Below are positions 1 through 9,401 of a stretch of DNA of 34,740 nucleotides, piece after piece (within the stretch, counting starts at the first letter, position 1; the number at the start of each line of letters is the position of its first letter). Below the pieces are notes generated by a model. It was not told where the DNA came from and did not search any database. It worked only from the letters and a program-made list of their open reading frames with translations. Position numbers and translations under genes: made by a program. Source of the DNA: Asterionella formosa (Eukaryota); NCBI GenBank assembly GCA_002256025.1, contig NKIB01000168.1, positions 1-34,740 of the forward strand. Direction: 5' to 3'.

Positions 1-57
1 AAAACTCTTAGGAACGATTACAATCGATCACGGAGACATCGTTGTTATATCTACAGC

Positions 58-1720
58 CTATTTGGTCCCTGACGTGTCCTTACAGGATACAAGAAAGCAT
101 AGAGTGCTTCGGGACGCAATTTCAACACAGGCTAGCTCTAGAGCTCCAGAATTGTCCTCAAATAACGTACAACGAACAGATGGAATAGAGTTTACAGAGG
201 GATCTAGACGACTTTTTACTTCATCCATGAGGCGCATCAATGGATTCGTATCTCTTAGTGACTGACTAAGACACACATATTCTGCCTCCATCGTGGATAA
301 TGCCACTTCGGTTTGAAGTTTTGATGCCCATAGAATTGGACAGTTAGCATAAGTAATCACATAACCAGCCCGAGACTTAGATGTCATGACGTTGTTCACA
401 CTAGTGCCTTTATCCCACAAACAACCACAGAGAAATCTGCATCGGCCCAAACCACAAATGAGTGAGAGCTTGGGGCCAGAACGAGCCCACAACTTGAGGT
501 GCCTATGAGATACCTGACAATATTCCTGACTGCAGCTGCATGAGAGGCCTTGGGGTTTGTGGAAAAACGAGCACACTGGCTGGTGGACGGCATACGCAAT
601 ATCAGGACAAGTGGATTTCTCAAGAAAATTTAATTTCCCAATGACCGATCGATAAGACCGATGCTCCTGAAATTCCTCACCCAATAAGTCCCGTTGGAGG
701 ATGGTATTTGGAGAGGCGGGAGTCCCCTTTGGCTTGTTAGATCATCAGCAATGGAGTCAATCAGGTGTGGCTAGGACAGAGTTATCTTCTTCCCATCCAA
801 AGTGCGCTCCACCTTAATCCCCAAGTATTCTGAGATGTCCCCTTCGTCTGTGAGATTAAAAATGGCTTGCATTGACCCAATGCAATCATCAATTTCTTTA
901 CCATTTTGACTCAGGAATATACCATCATCAACATAAACCTTGAATATGGTGGCTCCTTTATAATAGATGCATTCATCCGCCGCGCTTCGGACAAAATCAA
1001 TGGACAATAAACCCTTGGTCAAGTGTTTAGACCAGGTTCTGCCTGCCTGTTTCTGACCATAGATGTTCTTAAGAATCTTAAGGCAGCCAGTGATCTGAGC
1101 GCCCCCCCCCTCAGGCATCTGAAAACCATGTGGTATTTCCATGTATAATTCGTACTCTGCATCTGGCTGGGGATACTCAGGGTGAAATCAATCTGCTGGG
1201 TAGACCAACCATGCATCAGTGATCACGTGAGAAAGAAACGTATTGGGGGCCATGAGAGGGTGGCGGATAAGTCTCCCAGTAATTAACCCCATATTCTTGT
1301 TTTCCCCCATGCAGGTTCAAACATGCATTCCACTTCTAGACTTCCCTGGTTGCAAAACGCCTTTTTCTCTTCAATGCCCAAACACAGGGCAGTATTTTCA
1401 CACCCACTGGTACATCCGACTTAGGGACCACTTGCCAATGCTGATTATTGTTGTGAGCCATGACTTCCTGCTCCATCGCCGCTATGAATTGCTTCCGGTC
1501 AGGCTTCCTTAGTGCCTGATCAGCTCTCATAGTATCTTGATCAGCACCTCTGTCTTCCATGCAGGATTGAATGTAATATTCCTCATCCCCTTCGTGATCC
1601 TCTAGGACAGAAGAACTGTAAAGGAATCCTTGCTGGACACTCTCCTAAGTCGTTGGGAGGGCTTATGCCTTTGTGACCACCTTACTCCTGCAATGGGAAC
1701 CAACTCCGGAATTGTGGCTG
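58..1720 (-). mobile_element. Degenerate Ty1/copia LTR-retrotransposon pol fragment (RT and RNase H), CoDi-like
   Basis: Copia motifs run in order on the minus strand across several frames: FIAAMEQEV..HWQVV..ILPCVWALKRKR (1336-1560), GWSTQQIDF, MEIPHGF..LKNIYGQKQAGRTW..DECIY..VYVDDGIF..DEGDISEYLGIKV (771-1142), YRSVIGKLNFL..PDIAYAVHQ and SRAGYVI..WASKLQTEVALSTMEAEY..LFEDNSGA (58-684). There are many frameshifts and stops, and no LTR pair was identified. Confidence 0.93.
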
Positions 1721-2935
1721 GGATATCAGGCACCATATCTTCGATGCCCATACAAAAAAATTTCAGAAACAGTACCGGGTCACGAAGTCGTGGAAAACAA
1801 TGGACATATGATGCATTGAATATTTTCGAATTATGTATATGCAAAAATGATCATGGTTAATAGTAGATGTACCATCTTGAAAGTGCCTTTGAATTTTATA
1901 AATGTGCAACACATGATATATTTATATATTTACAAACTTTATAACTATACATGGCAAATACATTTGAAATCGTTCTGACATGTTAACAAACAATGCCTGC
2001 TTTGTGAAAAGAAACATCATAGTAGCATATGACAAAGGAAAGCTTAGTACGCAATGACGAAAAACATTGTGGCTTTGACACATTGCACCTTCGAAGAATG
2101 GAGAATGGTTAAGGTAATGAAGCCATCAATGTGGTATGTGGATGACAATCATTGGGAGGACAACAACAAAAAGTAAACTAAACGCACATATCCTTTCTTC
2201 TCAGTTGATTCAATTGCTCATTTCGCTTGTTATGGAGCACCAATGTAAAACAAAACAAAATTGGTAAGTGCTCTTGTCGTTGGACCTATTCACTACTGTT
2301 GGAACATAACTGACGGACGGACACATGTTGCTTCTTTCAAAATAAAGCTAACGAAAATGAATTGGTAAGTTTAATTCGACAACATGGTTCGTTTGCTATT
2401 AAATACTATGATTATCCTCATACAAAAATGTTATGAATTTTGCAAATGATGTATTGGGTCCAAATCAAGGTACACCTTGCATGGGCATGTCCACAACAAG
2501 GTACACTTAAATTGGATCTGATTATCTGATTGGCTAATAACCAATACAAGGTGGATGCGAAATAGTAGAACCAATACAAAGCTCATCTTGAATTGGACAT
2601 TAAACACTGTTTCAGAGAAAGTATTCATACCTTGTATTGAAAAATAACCAGTTATTTTGTGAAATACCATCATCGTAATCAGCATTGTTCCATCATTTGG
2701 ATTTGTTTTTGTGATTGGTGGTAAGTCTCCGAAGTTCGATTCGTGCCCAAGGTTAGTGAGGGTGATGTCAGCAATTGTGTCGTGAAGAAAGAATGCTTTC
2801 GCCATGGTGAGGCAGTGTTGCTGCTCACTGGGGTTGCTACACAGACAGCCACAGAGGTCTGCAGTACTGAGGTTAGAAATGCTACTTACATGTTTTCTAT
2901 TATTATGTTCTAGAAACTATGAGCAGCAGTCACTT

Positions 2936-3150
2936 TCACTGTTGGAGCTGGCGTTTGTGTTGGAGTGGGAGCAGCTGTTGTGGAAGTATGCATTGGAGTT
3001 CATGTGGTTGTAGGTTGCCTAGTTGCCAATACTGGAGCAGGTATCTATTTCACTGTTGGAGCAGGTGTTGATTTCACTGTTGGAGCTGGTGTCGATTTCA
3101 CTGTTGGAGCAGGTGTTTTTGCTACAGTGGGAGCAACTGTGACAGTAGGG
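2936..3150 (-). repeat. 24-bp coding minisatellite (STPAPTVK)n in the LPMO linker
   Basis: TTTCACTGTTGGAGC recurs on the + strand at ~3048, 3072 and 3096, with a related copy near 2934-2948. Confidence 0.85.
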
Positions 3151-4099
3151 GGCATTGGAGATGGTTTGGTAGTGGGCTGACTGATATCAACAATTTTCAC
3201 TTCAGCACAATTCCAGTACTGAACAGCTCCACTGTAGTCTGGAGCAATGCATTTGGAGATGGATGAGTCCATGTTTCCCCAGCTTGCTGGCCAGTTGTAC
3301 TGTTCATAACCTGCATAGTCACATGTGTTTCCAGTCAACCACCACCACTGAATTAAGACTAAATTACCCACAACATTGCCTGGTAGTTTCATACGGTAAC
3401 TGAACAAATTGTCCTTAGGGCTCGAAATGGCGGATGGGGCCATGTAAGCCCTATAAGGGTAGTTGACATCTTTTGGAGACCCATACAGCAAGTCTTCAAC
3501 GAATTCCAATGGATTTGCTCGAAAACAAGCTTGAGAAGGACTTTGTCCAGCTGTGATGGCGCAAGCGTAAAACTCAAAGTGGCCTTGGTGGTGTGCAGTT
3601 ATCTGTGTCATGTGGAACGAAATTGAAGGAAAAGTACAGTATGTTAATGAAATGGGCTGACAAGAAGCCACCATGATGGTGGTAGAATTGTCCCTGCCTA
3701 CCTTGACTTCAACAGTGATCGTTTGCCCTCTAGTGTAATTGGCTTGGATTTTTGGAGCAAGGAGTGTCCCAGTGCTAGAGAGCGGGAAATCATAGTTTCT
3801 GAAACCAACCTGGCCACACTGAGGTCCTGTCGTGGTTTTTTTTGATGGAAAGCAGGAAGATAGCAGTGAGTTGATGGATCAGGGTAGAAAAACACAATTG
3901 TGGGTGATGAATTACACTTCTTACCAACAACATTTAAACTCGGAGCTTCGTATTCAATGGCTGGGTCAATTGGAGTTCCATTCCCTAACTCCTTGCCATC
4001 AACACTAGCAACGTAGTTGCGGGAGCGAGGCGTTTGGAGATACCCATGGCCGTGGACCGAAACAACAGAAGTGAGTAGGAGAACAAAAGTCGTAAACAT
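3045..4099 (-). CDS. Secreted AA15-like lytic polysaccharide monooxygenase (chitin-binding type-4/LPMO_10 domain) with P/T linker; exons 4099-3925, 3826-3702, 3602-3045 (285 aa)
   Basis: The signal peptide ends at VHG, leaving N-terminal His (HGYLQTPRSRN). Other motifs are ITAHHQGHFEF, LIQWWWLTGN and YWNCAEVKI. Intron 1 (3924-3827, GTAAG..ACAG, phase 1) and intron 2 (3701-3603, GTAGG..ACAG, phase 0) join three exons into one open frame (..NVVGPQCGQVGFRNYDF..VEVKITAHH..). Confidence 0.88.
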
Positions 4100-4695
4100 T
4101 TGATGCTATGGGATGTGGGGATCACGAAAAATGTAGGGTGTGAACCGGTATGTTTTATGAGCTTGTTTTGGTTTTGTGATAGAATAGCTTTTCATCATCG
4201 AATTTTGGGATAAGCTGCACAAGCGGGATCTTGAAACTTCTCCCCGTGACATCTTAAATATTGCAGAAACTATCATAATAGAGCGACATTTATAACTATA
4301 CCATTCTTAGTCAGGAGGTCATTACGGATTTAAATACTCCTTGGGTCACGTCATCTATTCACCGTCTCGCGCTATCCTATGACAATTCTAGCACTACGAA
4401 AGGTTCCTTTGGTGCTCGTTGATTCAACAACAATCGGGTCACTCAAAGCAAAAGGCCTGAGCATTTTTATGGGACGCTGGTTGTGACTCTTTGCTTTTTC
4501 TTTCGCTCCGGCCAAAGCCAACGGGTTCACACCCAATGAATTGTTCCCAAGCGGCATCAGTCGTGACCATCTTTGTGCGGCAGCGTTTCCTCTGTATTCC
4601 GGCGTATCCCGGTATACATACCAGTAAGAGGGTATGTCCTTTATATACATGCGGTCACGAAGAACGGGACAAAATTGGGTCGTGAAAAAGAACGA

Positions 4696-4722
4696 GGTAC
4701 CTGGTACCAGGTACCAGGTACC
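4696..4722. repeat. Palindromic (GGTACC-W)4 array
   Basis: ggtacc t ggtacc a ggtacc a ggtacc. Confidence 0.9.
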
Positions 4723-5312
4723 ATGTGTGGAGTGATAGCTCGTCCTTATATAGCTACTCTATGTGTGCAAAACAGGCTTCATGATTTGCTCACAAAGAAA
4801 TGATTATGTATGGTGGAGAGTGATCCTAAGAATTTACGTACCGGTATTAGCTAACTATACCGTCATGATATGGACAATTGGTAAAACAGGAGGTACACAC
4901 ACCTTCAATCGTAGTTTAGTATTATGTTGCTGTAGTTGTTGTACTGATAGGTAAAGACAAGGCGGTAGTTTTACATAGTACCATAACAGTACTCGGGAGA
5001 GTATAAAATAGAACCATCATTCTTGGTCCATCATCAGATCAGCATTGATATTTCAGGAAATCCAGTCCCTTCCCTCACAAACTTCGATCCTGAGACTGCT
5101 TTCCTGAGAGTGTTGGATCTTCTTAAAAGGCCTTCAACACTCTGTTGTAACTTTATTTTGATGACATTTCCATACACTTATCTCCAATCGCAATGCCTTA
5201 TCAACGTAACGAATTTCGTTTTGATCATTATAATTGCTGAAAATGGTTCTCAATAATCCATTTGTTGCCAAAAGGTTTCATAAAAAGAGCACTAACAACT
5301 CCTGGTAGGCAA

Positions 5313-6638
5313 TCACCTTGAAAAAATGGCATGATATCCAAGGGCTACAAAAGTAGCAATGGCATACCCTATATTCCCCACCAATAAGGATGGGGCAACG
5401 AGTGACTTCCAACCATTTGCTTGTGCCAAAGCAGCAGCTGTTGTTGGACCTCCAATGGCAGCAGATGATCCTATAAGTAGTCGCTGTGGGGATGCGAAAC
5501 CGCGGTCTCGGCATATCTTGGCAATCCACCACAGGATCAAACTATGAATACCATATAACAAGATATTGTAAAGGCCAAGTGGGAGGATGGAGTGTTTGAC
5601 AGAATCTGCAACAGCCAATCCAGGCGCACCTACAGTTGCAAAAAATAAGTAAAGGAAGAAGCTTCCCATAATGTGTGCTGCTGGTTGGAGGGGTTGGATC
5701 CATCTTAACGGAGATACACTGGCCAGTAGGACAGTAAGTAAAGTACACACAGGCAAAGCACCAGTGGCCCCGCCGAGGCGTTCTCCCAACCAAATCATGG
5801 TAGCCGCAATAGTTGCTACAATGGATAATTGTTGAACAGATATTGGCAAATCTGTGACCATTGGTACCGATTTTTCATGACCGTCTGCACAATCATTGTC
5901 CAAATCTGGTCTACCAGCTGACAAGGCTGATGAGACCGGAAAGTAGAGCAATCCAAATAAATTATCAACACATAATCCTGCAGCAACAGCTTCTGGGGAC
6001 GCTTGCAGGCAACGACAGACTGCAATGTAATTAATCCCGCCTCCAATGTTCTTGGCCAAAAGTGCAGCTGCAATAATGATACTATCCTTCTGGCCTAATG
6101 CTGTTGACAAGAGCCCCCCACAAATGCCCCATGCTACAGAACATGCCAGTACTGTGGCAAGTGTGGCAAGGAGGAAACTTCCCAACAATGGTCCACATTG
6201 TGCAGCACAATTGCGAACATCCGTACCCAGCAACAACAAAGGTGTGGCCAGTTGGAAGGAGAGTAATTGCAATGTCTTGGCAGCTGCTGTTCCACCCGGT
6301 TGCAAAACTCCGATGCTTGCCAAGCAAAAAGCAATTGCCATGGCCGACACGGGCGGGCCCAACAATCGGCCAATGGCAGTCGACGTCCCGACATTTTGTG
6401 CGAGCGTTGCAGTTCCAGTCAACACGGCCAAGTTTCCCCAAGTGTCGGAGGGTGCGACGAGCGGCAGAGCCGGTAACGATGCAGAGAGTGGAGCTGAGTT
6501 GGGGAGGCGCCGAATGGAGCGCTGCAGCGCAACGGAGATCGGCCGAATTGGACTGTAAGCAGAAGCACATGGCGCCGTTACACAGAGAAGCAGCAGTATC
6601 AGCTTCAGCCTGTGCAATATTACCGACAAGATTCCCAT
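5313..6638 (-). CDS. DUF819-family multi-pass membrane protein, probably plastid-targeted
   Basis: A 441-aa intronless ORF with about 10 hydrophobic segments. Motifs PLLLLG.D, KNIGGGINY.AV, FFATVGA and SSAAIGGPTTAAALA..GW..LV.PSLLVG.IGYAIATF match my recollection of DUF819. The N-terminal signal peptide ends in CASA|YSP, followed by an R/S-rich transit-like stretch. Confidence 0.85.
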   Translation of the reverse strand: MGILSVILHRLKLILLLLCVTAPCASAYSPIRPISVALQRSIRRLPNSAPLSASLPALPLVAPSDTWGNLAVLTGTATLAQNVGTSTAIGRLLGPPVSAMAIAFCLASIGVLQPGGTAAAKTLQLLSFQLATPLLLLGTDVRNCAAQCGPLLGSFLLATLATVLACSVAWGICGGLLSTALGQKDSIIIAAALLAKNIGGGINYIAVCRCLQASPEAVAAGLCVDNLFGLLYFPVSSALSAGRPDLDNDCADGHEKSVPMVTDLPISVQQLSIVATIAATMIWLGERLGGATGALPVCTLLTVLLASVSPLRWIQPLQPAAHIMGSFFLYLFFATVGAPGLAVADSVKHSILPLGLYNILLYGIHSLILWWIAKICRDRGFASPQRLLIGSSAAIGGPTTAAALAQANGWKSLVAPSLLVGNIGYAIATFVALGYHAIFSR

Positions 6639-6843
6639 GATGAGATGTTACCCTAGTTCCCTAGTACTGCTAGGTATGGATCTCGGACAGGTAATCTTTC
6701 TAACAGTTAAAAATGGGCCTGGTATGAGCGACATGCATGATTGTCGTGCCTTTTTGCTATAAAGTGGGTAGGAGGTAAGATACCGGTACATATGGAGAAC
6801 AAGTTTCCGGTCTAATATTCAACAAATTGTGACTTCGTGCCAT

Positions 6844-6876
6844 ACCGGTACCTGGTACCTGGTACCAGGTACCGGT
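6844..6876. repeat. 33-bp palindrome built from GGTACC units
   Basis: accggtacctggtacctggtaccaggtaccggt is self-complementary except for the central base. It lies ~200 bp upstream of the DUF819 start. Confidence 0.9.
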
Positions 6877-6985
6877 CGCTACATTAAAATTTTAACACTG
6901 ATATTCCAGTATGTAGTACTAAGTTGTACGCCTGCGTTAAGCCATCCCTTACCAGAGGATTATGTTAAAAGTCAGGATTTATCCC

Positions 6986-7020
6986 CCACCACCACTCCTC
7001 CTCCTCCTCCTCCTCCTCCT
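6986..7020 (+). repeat. (CCA)/(CCT)n microsatellite
   Basis: ccaccaccactcctcctcctcctcctcctcctcct. Confidence 0.9.
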
Positions 7021-8289
7021 AAATACTGATAGCACTCCTACTTCAGGTTCTCCATCACTAATAACAGGTCCCCGTATTACCATCATCACGACGATGTTCG
7101 AATCGATAGACCAAGGAGTCCATGGATTGGTTGTTCCATCTCCACACTTTCCTTGGGCTCGCACATGCCATGGCTCCTTCATCAGAAACCTTTAAAACAA
7201 TTCAATTCAATCGATCCCCTGGCTCTACGGCGCAAGAATTCATTCAGTTGACTAATGCAAGGGAAAAACCATTGCCTCGCTCATTGATTCCTTACCGACA
7301 AAACCACAAATGCCGACAGCCGCAGAAGCAATATTTGTTCCAGTAGTCAGTGTCATTATAGATATTTTCTGCAAGCCAAGAAAATCCCTACTACTATGCA
7401 GGAGGAGCGCCCATTTCAACTTGATGGCGTTTTGCGTTCGTTCGCGATGGATAGTAGATGGAGACTGATCCACGGCGAAAGTGTTTAGTTAGTTCTGGAC
7501 CCTCTAGAAGGAATCGACCGGAAGCTGAAGCAACGATTCTGTGTTAAATGAAAAAACAAAAACTGCAAGATATTGGCGAACCAAAAAGAACTATGAGCCT
7601 CAAGGGGAATTGCAATATGCAGTTGCCGCCAAGAATGCCTCCATTCGTCAAACATGGAAATCCGTGGCTATCTTGACATTCGAAACGCAAAAATTCAATC
7701 ATGATGAGCCCCACAAATGTCCTCGTTGATGAAATTTGATTTTATTGTCAAGGATTTCATCAAAAAATATACACGATTTCAATTTGCAATGCCAAATTGA
7801 TCTGCGTCCTGAATATTTTGCTTGATACCACCAGCTGGTTGAGTAGCACACATGACTGAAGAAATGGATACGACTCTTGCTTCCTACAACGACGCAACCA
7901 CTAACCACTTCAGACTGCAGGCATCCGTGCATCTGAAACGCCTGAAGAACGGCTAGCTAAAAAGGGAATAGAAGAGCAACGCTAGAAACAAGACGGAAAT
8001 TGGGAAGCCATGGTTCCGGTCTAGAACCTTTTGATGACGCTGAAACCGAAAGGTGGGAGAGGAAAAGAACTAAGCGTTTGCAGAGACTCCAAAACTAAAG
8101 CTAAGACAAATTATCATTATGTTTGCCTTGCTGTGTATGTCATCGTCATCTTCATCGCAATCAAAGATTGTGTCCATTGTTTTTGAACGATCGTAATTCC
8201 GTGGAAGCAATTAAAAAAAACCAATGGAAAAACGGATAATGATCAAAAGAAGAACTACAATAGCATACCAGTCCAGTTGTTATACTATA

Positions 8290-8690
8290 CTATCATGTAT
8301 CACGTATCATTTATCACGTATCACGTATCACGTATCACGTAACAAAGAAATTAACATGAGCAATCCTAAGTAGGGGGGGGAGTTTTGCACGCTTCCCGTA
8401 TCTTCTCTTGCTAGCAGGAGCTTTTGCTTCTTGTACCGCTCAAAGGAGTACACCGTTTCTACTGACGGTCCCTATTCTACCTGGTTGTCATCATGCCGGA
8501 TTATCATTAGGTGGTGGGGGACATTATATGTCCCTATCTCCCGTGCTTGGTGCAGAGAAGGAAATTGTGCCTTTGCAGCCCTAATCCCTACCTATGAGTC
8601 CGTGATACAGTTCGGGGCATTCGACAGTATCGAACCCCCGACCTCACCCCTACTGGGTGGGCCTGCCAATCTTTGAGGGATCATTCATTA
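8290..8690 (-). mobile_element. Probable tRNA-derived SINE, family 2, with (ACGTGAT)n tail
   Basis: The minus-strand head reads ..GATTGGCAGGCC-CACC CAGTAGG GGTG-AGGTCGGGGGTTCGATAC (anticodon-like stem-loop, variable loop and B-box-like motif at ~8627-8670). A GC-richer ~300-bp body follows, then a 7-mer tandem tail seen as (TATCACG)n at 8291-8340. Confidence 0.55.
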
Positions 8691-9401
8691 CATATAAACC
8701 CTGGAAAGTTTCAGTTTGAAACTGAAAGAATTGTGAGGCACTGGACCAGTTGTTGTCATACTGGTGGTACCAGGTACTACGAGACCGATATATATAATGA
8801 ATATTTACTTACTTCACTACGTATGGTGAAAGGAAGTTGCTATGATATGATATTATTTTAGCCTTTACCTGGTATATACTGTAGTATAGTTAGTAAGTAG
8901 AAGCTAACACCAGCATCTATGTATTTTTATAGCTACCGGGTCGTCCGTACATCATATGTATACTGTATGAAAAATCGATGCAATTATTTTCGGACGGAGG
9001 GAGTACCAGGTACAGGTACCGGGTAATCCATTAAGTTGCAGCATCGGGCGGAGAACAAAGCTTGAAACTGATGATGCCAGCGGCAGATAAATATAATATT
9101 ACGGTAAAGCAAGTCTCGAATTTCTGAACTAGATATGCTGCATACATTTGTACGTACATAGCACAAAGTGGTACCAGGGTACCTCGTACACAGCACTTAC
9201 GAGGACAAAAGGCAGCAATGCATACCGGTAGACATGGATGATAAGTGAATCACGTAGAAAAAAAATACATACCGGTACTCGAAAGTGGTTTGGTGGCAAG
9301 ACGAAGTATAAACTTTTTGATCTCGACTACAAATATCCACCACTTTCTGTCCCCCACCTTCTTCCTCTACCTCTTACTGTTCCACACCTTTCTTCTACCT
9401 C

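Noticed and set aside
1..130. Copia 3' LTR
   Set aside because: RNase H similarity stops near 130, but no polypurine tract or second LTR copy is visible in the window.
7030..8177. Multi-exon gene on the minus strand starting MDTIFDCDEDDDD
   Set aside because: Some acceptor-like sites are present, but I could not assemble a consistent open frame or recognise a domain.
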